From Eledone cirrhosa (taxonomy: Eukaryota), in assembly GCA_964016885.1 (NCBI GenBank), contig OZ024740.1, positions 297,724,001 to 297,788,000 on the forward strand: a stretch of DNA of 64,000 nt. Reading direction: 5' to 3'. A program made the translations under genes and the position numbers. Position 1 is the stretch's first letter, and the number at the start of each line of letters is the position of its first letter. Below, in pieces: positions 51,500 to 64,000 of this stretch. A model generated the notes under the pieces. It had not been told where the DNA came from. It saw only the letters and a program-made list of their open reading frames with translations, and did no database searches.

Positions 51500-53190
51500 A
51501 AGGATGAATATAAAATGAAAGTGCTTTTTTTAAAAAAGGAATTTATTAGGTATTGACATATGTTTCTGTAACAGACTGAATACCTATGTATCGCTGCTTG
51601 CGTAATCATATAATGTTAGCAAGTATTCGATAGCAAATGTATAATCAGTTGTCACTTCTTCAGAGATTTTGGATAAATTGGATAAAATCAGAAAAATTGA
51701 AGTATTTATATTAGTAATAGAGGAAGAAACAGAGGGGATAGTATATGACAGATGGTAAATTAATTTACTGCTAAACAAGTATATAATGGGTTCCTAATGA
51801 GAATACCATGAGTAAATCTAAATAAGAATTTTGGGAGTGCCAATTTTAATCTCTACTTGACCAACTGGACAGTGGACAGGGCTGGTCATTTGGTGCAGTA
51901 GTATTAATTATAAAGTGTCAATTGGGGAAGGGGGAGATTTCGATTGCTACTAAATAACATCAATGCTAGTAGCCAGCTGGTATATGCATTAGGGAATTGA
52001 ATCAAGAAATCAGAAATCTCATTTTATCTATAGCAGTTTGTATTAAAAGGTAAATAATAGAAGAGTTGATAGAATTAAGACTAATAAAGAATGTTAATAT
52101 CTATTTTGACAATCAAACGGGGATAGAGACAGGCGTTCAATCGTGGTAGTATTTATAATATGAAAATGTAGATTTTAAGCGATGGTTACAGTATAACGAT
52201 CGCTCTATTCTGTTATTTAATAAAATGTTTTTGGATTTCATAATACAAAATAATTCTACATTACATAATTTACAAAATTCCTGTCCATGGGATTAGGGGG
52301 GGGCAGCCGCTATTATATCCCATTTTAGGTGAAATTGTTGGTTATTTTCACGCAGCTGCCAAGCCTTGTCTGCGAGTGTTGTTACATAACGCTGGTTTTC
52401 ATGTTTTATCGAGTAACGATGTCTATAAAGGCGTGATTTGAAGGAGGTGGCTGTAGATCCCACATAGTACCACTTCTGTCTATCCGATTCGATAGTACAT
52501 TTGTATACGATGTTGCGTTCAAGACACTGATTGTTCAACGGACACATTCCTGGTTGGACACAGTTGCAATTATAATTTTGCGTTGTTGTATTGCCATGGA
52601 TGAGTTGATGAGGTTGCTTATGTAGGACAGGATGTTGTTTGTTGTTTTGTGATGTTATAGCTAATGTTTTACGTGTATTGTTATGTGTTGGAAGGCGTTT
52701 ATACAACCGTTTTGCGTTAAGCTTTTTTATATGTTGTTCAATATTAGGGGCGGTTGAATATGAAAGTCGAATAGTGTTAGGGTTTAAGATTTTATTATAT
52801 TTATGTGATGTTGGAAAGTGTTTTTTAACTAATCGAAAGAATTTTGAGGGTAGATTGGTTTTAATAGAGTTGTTATAGACCGGGTTGTACCAAATATACT
52901 CCTTACATCGCCTTCTGTTTGGTGGTGTGCGACTATTATTGTGTCTATTGCGGTAGTGTATGTATGGTGGTGATTCTGTGCTATTTCTACTCCTATGGGA
53001 TTTATTTTGGGTGTTTTGGTGATCTTTGACTATATACTCTATATTATCTAGGTGACCGGCTTTCCTAAGTGCATCATCATAATATTCGGCATGTTCTTTG
53101 AAGGTTTGTTGGTTGGACGACAGGCGGGAGATTCTAAGAGAAACATTTCTAGGGATGGATTTAATTATAGAGAGTGGATGGTTAGAACTC
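51500..53190 (-). mobile_element. Penelope-like element, RT C-terminus/linker + GIY-YIG, 5'-truncated
   Basis: SNHPLSIIKSIP..RISRLSS, IWYNPVY, IRLSYST.PN, CNC..CPLNNQCLERNIVYKC..YYVGST..FKSR..H; decayed CUGAAGA..GAA motif at about 51610-51670. Confidence 0.88.
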
Positions 53191-53307
53191 ATATATATAT
53201 ATATATATATATATAAAGTATTAGAACTCATATATATATATATATAAAGTATTTCCGTAGGGAAGGTAAAGGAAAAGAGAGTGTTCTATGTAGACTACAG
53301 AGCTTTT

Positions 53308-53537
53308 TAGTTATGTAATAAACAACATAAGATAATTATTTCATTTACCAAAGGTTTCACGAAGACAGACGAGCCTGGCACCGACGTCTGCCATCAATCG
53401 TCAGAACGAAATTTTATTTTAAAATGTTTAAAATTTCGTTCTGACGATTGAAGGCAGACGCCTGTGCCAGGCTTATCTGTCTTCGTGAAACCTTTGGTAA
53501 ATGAAATAATTATCTTATGTTATTTATTACATAACTA
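53308..53537. repeat. About 230-bp imperfect palindrome with a hammerhead in each arm (53338-53412 minus, 53433-53507 plus)
   Basis: AUUUCGUU-CUGACGA-uUGAAGGCAGA..UCUGUCUUCGu-GAA-ACCuuuGGU-A-AAUGAAAU; same leader and flanks as 7185-7545. Confidence 0.85.
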
Positions 53538-53873
53538 TATATATATATATAATACAGTACTTAATTATACAACACAACAAAATAAATCGAATAAATTTAA
53601 CAAATGAGTGAATTATCAGACAGAATGGAATATTTTACTCATAATTAGGAGATAAATAATATATTTTGTAAAAGTACTTCCTCTTTTAGTTCTTACTCCC
53701 TCCTCCTTCTCATCCTCCCTCTCTCTCTTTCTACCTCACTGTCTCTGTCTATCTATCTATCTTTATTTCTCTCTGTCCCTCTTTGTCCCTTTTCTATAAA
53801 AATACGTTACTATTTGACATTTAAAAAAAATATTTCGGCGTTTCCGCTACCATCACCGGTCTCCTCACACACA

Positions 53874-53918
<45 letters not shown>

Positions 53919-56199
53919 ACGCACTCACACACACATACATGCATACATACATACATACATACATACATACATACATACTCTCGTGTCTCGAATAATCACC
54001 CCCTACCCACTATTAATTTTTCAGGACTCCCTCCACCACCACCGCTCTTATTCGAAACCACCCGATTATTTAATTTTGCTGATCTATCTCGGGCGAAATT
54101 TTATTTTAAGTAGTAGCAATCTTGCGACAATTCATTTTCTTTATACATTAAAAACATTATACATGACCAAAGATAAAGAAAAACCAACATTACAAGAACT
54201 CCAATACGTTATCAAATAAACAGGATGGGTTGGGGGTCTCAATATGAAAACTAAACGTCTAATTCTGTTTTTTTAAAAGCTCAACGAAGACAACCTAGAA
54301 AATTTACCGATTCCCCTCCCCACTTATTCCAACTTTCCCTGCTTATTCCAACCCACCCCTTACCTTATTCCACACACCCTATTATTTCGGACTCGAGAGT
54401 ATAAACACACACGCAATCTTATCATCCTCTTTCTGACATTTTATACACAACAGCTTTAATGTAATAGATGCTATAAACAAAAGAAAAATCGAAACAAAGT
54501 GTAATGAACTTTTGAGAATAACGAAATTGACTGTTATATTTAATCTGAGGTTATTGACTGCCAATATATATTGATTTTGAAATACATAATTTATCATCGT
54601 TCCGATTGAAGACCTTGATCAATACTGTATAGCTTCCGTTTTCAGGCAGCTGTCAAAGTGCATTTTAATAGACGAACAGGACAGGACAGAACAGGACCCT
54701 TAATTCCTGATTGAGTTGTGGGGACGCCATCCTGACACATGGCGTGTCTTGGGCATTTTAAATCCTGGCAGGCCCCATCCCTCTCAAGGTCTGAATCCTG
54801 CTGATTTCTTCCAGAGAGAAAGTAAGGGAGAAAGAAAGAATGCGCGTGCGTGCGTGTGGGTGTGTGCGCGCGTGTGTGAGTGTGAGTGTGTGTGTGTGAG
54901 AGAACTATATTTTTGTCATTAATGCCAACTTTTACAGGAAAGCTGCTTGCGTACTATGGTTGTGTACTATGTCAGGCCAACCTACACAAAACTAATGAAT
55001 AACAGTTACCCAGCTTTCTTTACCAGACACCGGTTTAATGATGTACTCTCAGGTCTCGAATAATCGGCCATCCCCACCCATATTAATTTTTCTACCCTCA
55101 CCCACCCCACCTCTTATTACACCCCACCTCATCCCCTGTTTATTAAATTTTGCTCATCTATCTCCGGCGAAATTTTATTTTAAGTGGTAGCATTTCTGCG
55201 ACAGTTCATTTTCCTTAGACATAAAACAAAAACATTATACATGACAAAAAAAGTACATTACTATGTAATCATAAAGAAGTTATGATTAATAGCTGTTTGT
55301 ACAAGTGCAGATGCGTGTCCTAGTGGTAAGTGTGTTGGACTTACGATCATAATTCCTGGGCTGGGTTATGTGTTGCGTTCTTGAGCAAAACACTTTATTT
55401 CACGTTGCTCCAGTATACTTCCTGAGTATCAGCAATTGCTGGAGCTTTAACCCAGCGATGGACTAGCGTCTTGTCCAGAGGCAGTCATCTGCTCTCAGTC
55501 GCTTCACGCCACGAAACCGGGATACGCTAGGGGCGGTGGAACTGGGAGGATGGCATGCCCCCACCCCTGCCCCATAATTATACTTTCTTTTCTCCCCAAA
55601 CTACCAAAACACACATCTATTTGTATATGCGCTATAATTTATGTACATGTAATGTAGAGACAGATGGCAGAGATAGATAGAGATATGCTTCCATCGCCCC
55701 TGTTTATTGTTTGAACAGTAAACAGCCTATCAAATCCCCTTTTACTCAAAATTTTAAACTCCACCACTCACTTTGTTTAAACAATTATGTTTGTTCTGAA
55801 CATATTGTTAGCGCCATCATGGTCGAGCTGTTCTGTTATAGAGCACGTACACAAATGCCGAGTAGTGGAATAAACCAACTTGATAACTAATAGATAGTCA
55901 CGGATCAGCACCGACAACACCAAGATGAAGTGACTCAATGATTAGAACTGTTTATTCTATAAACCTTATTACAATGTTCTGTTACAATACAGATAAAGTT
56001 TACCTTCAAATATACCTTGCCTCCACTTATGAATGTAAGTAAATACATGTACTATAAATTAAACAGATGCGGTCATCACTCCCTCCAGCTACGTTATCTT
56101 TGATGTTCCACTGTAGAGTCTTACACTCTAGCCACTAAGCCACGCGCCTTCACAATTTATTGTGTAGACAACTAGATAGACAACTACAGAGACAACTTT

Positions 56200-56875
56200 A
56201 GATGGTTCACAAATCCAGCTCTTGGCAGAAGGAATCGTCCACACACATTTCACCTCAATTCCTGCAGATTTTTGCAGGCACTGCACTTGGATTCCGCTTA
56301 CATAGTGAACGCTTCAAAACAGCATGCTTTTCTCAAAAACATCACATCCATACTTAATAATCATTCTCTATGATGTACACCTCTCAGTTAATGCCTCCCA
56401 CTTCTCCATATCAATATTCAGAGCTTTAAGATTGTCTTTTATGATATCCCTAAACCGCTTCTTTGGTTTATGCTGCGGCCTTATAAAAATAACTCTTTCG
56501 GCAGCCTTCCATCTTCCCTTCTGACTACATGACCAGCCCAACGCATCAGGTTCATAATAATCCTCTTCCCAATACTGGTGCTGCCAGCTTTCTCAAGTAC
56601 AGCAGCATCAGATGTACAAGAGTACCATTTGATGCTCAGGATCCTAATGAAACTTTTCCAGCTGCCTGATGAGATGCATGTAAGTTTTCCACGTTTCGCC
56701 TCCGTATATCAAGGCTGTAAGAACACAGTCCTCGTACACAGAGAGCTTTGTGTTTCTCGGGATACCCCGATCTGACCAGACTAGCTTCTCAAGCTTCCTG
56801 GAGGCAAGACTCGCGTTTGCAATGCCGTGATTGATTTCAGCATCGACGGTACCATCTCTACTTCCGAGATACACA
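56200..56875 (-). mobile_element. RTE/BovB-type LINE 3' fragment
   Basis: YLGS..DAEINH.IANAS..L..VW..TKLSVY..VL..LIYGGETW..LEKFH, RWAGHV. Confidence 0.85.
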
Positions 56876-56882
56876 ATTTATG

Positions 56883-58126
<1,244 letters not shown>

Positions 58127-58217
58127 TAATGTAAAAGGTAAACAGAAATAACAACACAATCGGTACAGTATATGGAAGGGATACATTAGGTTAACGCTTG
58201 ATATAGCAGGAAGAGGG

Positions 58218-58253
58218 TCCTAACGTTTCGGACGCTAGTCCTTCATCAGAAGA
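58218..58253 (-). ncRNA. Minimal Penelope-type hammerhead motif
   Basis: UCUU-CUGAUGA-A-GGACuagcGUCC-GAA-ACGU-U-AGGA. Confidence 0.7.
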
Positions 58254-58619
58254 AAGAATGAGAAACATGATAGATTGAGGGGACGGGCGGGATGGAATTG
58301 GAAAAAACGTCTTTAGATAAAAATAACAGGTCCATTCATGTTGACATCTCTTGTGTTAGTTTATCACAGACTCTTTAGTATGCAGGGTAGAGAACTCGAC
58401 GATGCACACAAGTGGGTCTGTTGGCTCCAGAGTATATTTATAATTTTTGATTCATTGATATGCCCCGGGCTGATATTTGGTGTTGCTTTCTCAAAGCAAT
58501 CGGTACTTTGAGAAAGTAACACCAGTTGCCGGATCAGTTGGAGGCGGTTGTTTCTGACCTCATGACCCTCTCAGGAATGCGTAGAAGAAGAAGAAGAAGA
58601 AGAAGAAGAAGAAGAACTC

Positions 58620-60360
58620 CACTTTTCACCCCATTCCTCCCCATTTCCCTTCCCCTCTCTTGTAGATTTCCCGCTCTCCGCATTTCCCGTCGTTTTTCGC
58701 CTACATTCTTCTTCTTTACCCCTCTTTACTTCGCTTGCCCCTTTCCTCCTCTTTTCTCCTCTCCAGCCCTTTCGCCCCCTCTTCGCCATCTTTCACCCAC
58801 TTAAGCCTTCCTTACCTCACTTTAGACTACTTTCCTCCCCCTACCTCCCTACCTCCTCCTCATACTTCCTCCCCATACCTCCTCCTTCCTCCCTTCCCTC
58901 ATTTTCCTTCTCATTCCGCGACTTTCACCTGCTATAACCGTCTTAAACCACTTAACCCTCCTTTCTACCTCTTTCGTCATCTTTCGCTCTATTTCGCGTT
59001 CTTTAACCTTCTTTCTGCCATTGTTGTCCTCTGTTGCCGTCTTCCATCACCTTTCGCCATCTTTAATCATCCTCACTCCTCTAGAAAACATGCCACCACC
59101 ATTCTCCCGGTTCTGCCTTTCTCCCACTTTCCGTTTCTTTCGCGTTCATTAACCTTCTTTCTCCCATTTTTGGCTCAGTTGCCGTCTTCCATCACCTTTC
59201 GCCATCTTTAACCATCTTCACCCCCTAGACAACATGTCTCCCCCCCCCCCTCCCCCAGTTCTGCCATTCCCCCACTTTCCGCCTATTTCGCCGTCCTTCA
59301 ACCAATTTCGCCTTCTCTAACCCTTTTATCCACTTTAGAATGCTTTTATCCCTTCCTTTTCCCCTTCCCCTCTTCTCCCACTTTTCGTCTTTTTCACATT
59401 CTTTCGTCGTCTTTCACCTTCTTTAATCGTCTCCCTTCCATCCTTCTATTCTCCCCTTCAATCGTTCTTCTTCCTCCTCCCCTACCTCCTAACCCTTTTT
59501 CTTACCTCCTAACCCTTACACTTCGTTAGACCACATTTCTCCCCTCACATCATCCACTGTCCACCAATTCCTCCCAATTCTCTGTGCTTTTTTCGCCCTC
59601 TTTCGCCTTCTATAAACCTCTTTATCCACCTTTTAGACAACTTACCTCCCCTTTCGTTTTCTTCCTCTCTTTCTCCCCCTTTCCTCCATTTTTCTCTCCG
59701 ATATCCTTCCTCTTCCTCCTCCTCCTCCACTTCCTCCCCATCTTCCCCATCCTCCTTTCTCCTCTCCGTCTTCCAACCTCTCGCTTTCTTGAACATTTCC
59801 CCTTCTTTCAACCATTTTCTATCCCCCCCCCTTCTTTTCCCTTCTTTCTCCCTCATTCACTCCTTTTCACCTCTTTCTAAGATAACTTAACGTAATTTAG
59901 ACCATTTTCTCTCGTTCCTCCCACACTCCCCTTACTCACATTCCTCCCCTTTACTCATTTCTTCCCCACTTTCACGTTATTTAATTTTCTCTATTCTTTT
60001 TTTTTTCTGCCCTTCCATCTCTTTCCAACTCTTTCCCCGTTTTTTTCGCCCACTTTGCCTTCTTTAACCCCCTTTATCCCTTTTTAAACAACTTTCGTAA
60101 ACGTTCCTTCCCTTCCTCCTTTCCTTCCTTCTTCTTCACCCCCCCCCCCTATTTCTGCCTCTTTCGCTATCTTTTTATTTTTTTTGTCTTCTACATCATA
60201 CCTTAACCCTCATTAGACGTAACTCAACATTCCTCCTCTTCCACTCCTCCCTACTTTCCCTCTCTATCCCCATCTTTCGCCCTCCTTTAATGATTTTCGC
60301 CTCTTTCGCTGACTCTCGCTTTTTTTCACCGACTTGCACCCTCTTTCACCTACTTTAACC
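58620..60360 (+). repeat. About 1.7-kb pyrimidine-rich low-complexity tract with internal degenerate repeats
   Basis: Strongly C/T-biased; recurring ctttcgccatcttt; ~140-bp duplication at 59035 and 59180. Confidence 0.85.
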
Positions 60361-60364
60361 TTCT

Positions 60365-61110
60365 TTGTATGTACACATGGTCCCCTAACCCCCAAGGAAG
60401 TCGTAGGGACGCTGTGTTGACATGTACACATGGCCCCGTAACCCCCAAGAGAGTCGTAGGGACACTGTATTTAGATGTATACATGGTCCCCTAACCCCCA
60501 AGGGAGTGGTAGAGGCACTGTATTGAGATGTATACATGGTCCCCTAACCCCCAAGGGAGTGGTAGGGGCACTGTATTGATATGTATACATGGTCCCCTAA
60601 CCCCCAAGGGAGTCGTAGGGCACTGTATTGAGATGTATACATGGTCCCCTAACCCCCACGAAAGTCGTAGGGGCACTGTATTGAGATGTATACATGGTCC
60701 CCTAACCCCCACGAAAGTCGTAGGGGCACTGTATTGAGATGTATACATGGTCCCGTAATCCCCAAGGGAGTCGTAAGGACACAACGTTGACATGTATACA
60801 TGGTCCCGTAACCCCGAAGGGAGTGGTAGGGGCACAATGTTGACATGTATACATGGTCCTGTAACCCCGAAGGGAGTGGTAGGGGCACAATGTTGACATG
60901 TATACATGGTCCCGTAACCCCCAAGGAAGTGGTAGTGACACTGTATTGAGATGTATACATGGTCCCGTAATCCCCAAGGGAGTCGTAAGGACACAACGTT
61001 GACATGTATACATGGTCCTGTAACCTCAAGGGAGTCGTAAGGACACAGTGTTGACATGTATACATGGTCCTGTAACCCCCAAAGAAGTTGTAGAGACACT
61101 GTATTGACAT
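60365..61110. repeat. Minisatellite, ~57-bp unit, about 13 copies; followed by a 10-bp (tacctcttta)n array at 61168-61270
   Basis: Unit atgtatacatggtcccctaacccccaagggagtNgtaggggcactgtattgaN. Confidence 0.95.
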
Positions 61111-62669
61111 ACGGTGTTTCTAGGACATATTTTAAAACCTGGTGGACCCCATCTCTTCTCCAAGTCTTTATACCTCTGTATACCTCTTTATACCTCTTTA
61201 TACCTCTTTATACCTCTTTGTACCTCTTTGTACCTCTTTATACCTCTTTATACCTCTTTGTACCTCTTTAATCAAATGCTTTAAGAAGTCAGCTTGGGAA
61301 TCATATTGGTGCCGGATTCGATCCGATTATGTGGCATCTTGTAATCACTCATAGATTAAAAGTTTCCTACGGGTCAATAAAATAGACTCTACATAGTCGT
61401 CCGACACACAAGACATAACAGCCAAATCATCCTCAAACTACATTTTCAAATATTAAAACCCCCACCTCTTCTACGACTACTCATAATACATTCTCATAAT
61501 TTCTCAGGGGTGGGGGGAGGGATTCGAGAGAAATTTTGCACAAGTAGAATACGATAGTTTTCTGGCCCCACGGTGGCGATGATGCGGAGTGGGGACAAGA
61601 GATTCTTCTCAAATTTCAAGCAATCGGGACTGAGATTTCTTTTGATACGTTTTTAGAGTTTCAGATATTTGTGCAGCCCCTCTTGGCTCTCTAGGGCCCG
61701 GATCGACGTATCTGGTGAATCGGCCCTCCTCTTAAAGGTCCTGTTTATATTTAAATGAAAAACTCTCATCAAAATTTGATTATAACATAGTGGACATCGT
61801 AAAATTTGATCAATACGATCGATATATAAATTCGCAAATATTTCATTAACAAATTCCAGTATCGTGACTAGATTAAAAATTTATTTAAACACACATGCAG
61901 TCTGTTCATTTAAAATATAGTCACGAATGGGTTAAAAAATAATTAGAGAGATGCATTATTATGTTGCCTGAAAAGAAGAAAGCAAAGCAATACATAATGG
62001 TCATGTCTGGAACGCCTCTGATCTTCGATATGCTTGATTAGGGATGAACAACAACAATAACAACGAAAACAACAATAACGACGACGGCAATAACAACAAT
62101 CACGACGACAATAACAACGACAACGACGACAACGATAACAACAACGACAACAGCGGCGACAACGAGAACAACAACAACAACGATAACAACAACTATAACA
62201 ACAACGATAACAACAACGACGACGGCGACAGCAACATTAATAGGGAGTGTTGGAATAAGCGGGAAGAGGTTGAAAATTTTTTTTTTTTTTAAACCAGAAT
62301 TATTCGTTTAGTTTACATATTGAGACCCCAACCCATCCTTTTTATTTTATAATGTATGGGATTTCTAGTAGTGTACTTCTTTGGTCATGTATAATTGTTT
62401 AATGTCTAAAGAAAATTGATTTTCAGACGAAAATTTCTTGTAATGTTCTTTTTCTGTTATGTATGTTTTTTAATGTATAAAGAAAATGAATTGTCGCATG
62501 AATGCTACCACTTACAATAAACATTTCAGCGAAGATAGATTAGCAAAATTTAATAAGAGCGGGAGGTTGTCGAAACAAATCTTTAAAATTAAGCGATGGG
62601 GGCATTTTTCGTGACCTGAGAAAACAGCAATAACTTTGCCAAAACATTGTCATTTACCAACAAAATAAC

Positions 62670-62880
62670 GGTTTCTTATTTAGGCACAAGGCCAACAATT
62701 TTAGGGGAAAGTCTATTAAATCGACTCCAGTGCATTACTGGTACTTTATTTTATCTACCCCGTAAGGATGAAAAGCAAAGTTAACCTCGGTAGGATTTGA
62801 ACTCAGATCATAAAGGGCCGTAACTCTATGCTGCAAAGCATGGCGTCCGACTCTCTACCGATACTGCCGATGCACCACCC
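62670..62880 (-). mobile_element. tRNA-derived SINE, family 1, flanked by a ~19-bp direct repeat (probable TSD)
   Basis: tttaccaacaaaataacggt on both sides. Confidence 0.8.
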
Positions 62881-62959
62881 TTTACCAACAAAATAACGGT
62901 ATGTATTAGGTACAAGAATAGTACTTGGGGTGGGTGGGGGGAATCAATTGACTCAACAC

Positions 62960-63117
62960 CAGGGCCGTCTTAACAGCATTATAGGTCCCCAGGCAAAGCA
63001 GAGCACTGGGGCCCCTACCTACACAACCACTCAAAGGAATAAAAATACAAATGGGCCCCCCATCCCCGTGGGGCCCCGGGCAACTGCCCAGCGTGCCCAT
63101 GCGTTAAGACGGCCCTG
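62960..63117. mobile_element. hAT-like MITE
   Basis: 15-bp TIRs cagggccgtcttaac / gttaagacggccctg; 8-bp TSD ctcaacac / ttcaacac. Confidence 0.85.
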
Positions 63118-63189
63118 TTCAACACCACGACTTAAATAGTACTTTATTTTATCAACCCTAGCACTCCGAAATAACCACCACTACCACGA

Positions 63190-64000
63190 CTACTACTGCA
63201 CTAGCACCACCACTACCACCACCAAGACTGGCACCAACACCATAATGCCAACAATAAGCTTAATAACTGCAACTACAACTACAACTACTACTATCATCAC
63301 TACCACTATAACTACTACAGTGGCAGTCTCCACCAACACTGGCACCACCACCATAACTTCAACAATAAGCATAACAACTACCACTACCACTACTACTATC
63401 ACTACTACCACGACAACCACTGCACTAACAGTCACCACCACCACCACCACCACTGGCACCAACACCATAACTTCAACAATAAGCTTAACAACTACCACTA
63501 CCACTACTACTATCACCACTACCACTATAACTACTACAGTGGCAGTTACCACCACCACCACACCAACAATAAGCTTAACAACTACCACTACCACTACTAC
63601 TATCACCACTACCACTATAACTACTACAGTGGCAGTTACCACCACCACCACCACCAACAATAAACTTAACAACTACCACTACCACTACTACTATCACCAC
63701 TACCACTATAACTACTACAGTGGCAGTTACCACCACCACCACACCAACAATAAGCTTAACAACTACCACTACCACTACTACTATCACCACTACCACTATA
63801 ACTACTACAGTGGCAGTTACCACCACCACCACACCAACAATAAGCTTAACAACTACCACTACCACTACTACTATCACCACTACCACTATAACTACTACAG
63901 TGGCAGTTACCACCACCACCACACCAACAATAAGCTTAACAACTACCACTACCACTACTACTATCACCACTACCACTATAACTACTACAGTGGCAGTTAC
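63190..64000. repeat. CA-rich minisatellite, ~87-90 bp unit, running off the right edge
   Basis: Unit caacaataagcttaacaactaccactaccactactactatcaccactaccactataactactacagtggcagttaccaccaccaccacac. Confidence 0.92.

Noticed and set aside
60365-61110. CRISPR-like array
   Set aside because: Units repeat in full with point variants and no unique spacers; no cas genes; eukaryotic context.
63193-63976. Val-rich (and opposite-strand Thr-rich) ORFs
   Set aside because: By-product of the 87-bp minisatellite, whose unexpanded paralog lies among repeats at 39000-39160.

Overview
AT-rich, microsatellite-dense animal genomic DNA. The SINE/LINE content and the long (TA)n/(CA)n runs resemble an octopus-like cephalopod genome (inference). 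One host gene is well supported on the minus strand: four coding exons (27402-27463/27472, 6150-6251, 2376-2455, 481-603) with consistent splice phases, encoding signal peptide + EMI-like domain + calcium-binding EGF repeat and continuing beyond the left edge. The rest is mostly transposon debris: RTE, Tx1-like, CR1-like and CRE-like LINE fragments, Penelope-like (GIY-YIG) remnants, tRNA-derived SINEs, two non-autonomous Helitrons, TA- and 8-bp-TSD MITEs, and three minisatellites. The most striking unexplained signal is about 20 hammerhead-ribozyme (HHR) motifs, found by eye. Most lie in short fold-back or inverted-repeat elements inserted in (TA)n tracts and linked to Penelope-like sequence. 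They include recurrent non-canonical cores (U4A in three copies, U3-A8 in two) and several copies sense to the host pre-mRNA. All structures were read manually, none has been computed or tested, and repeat boundaries are approximate.
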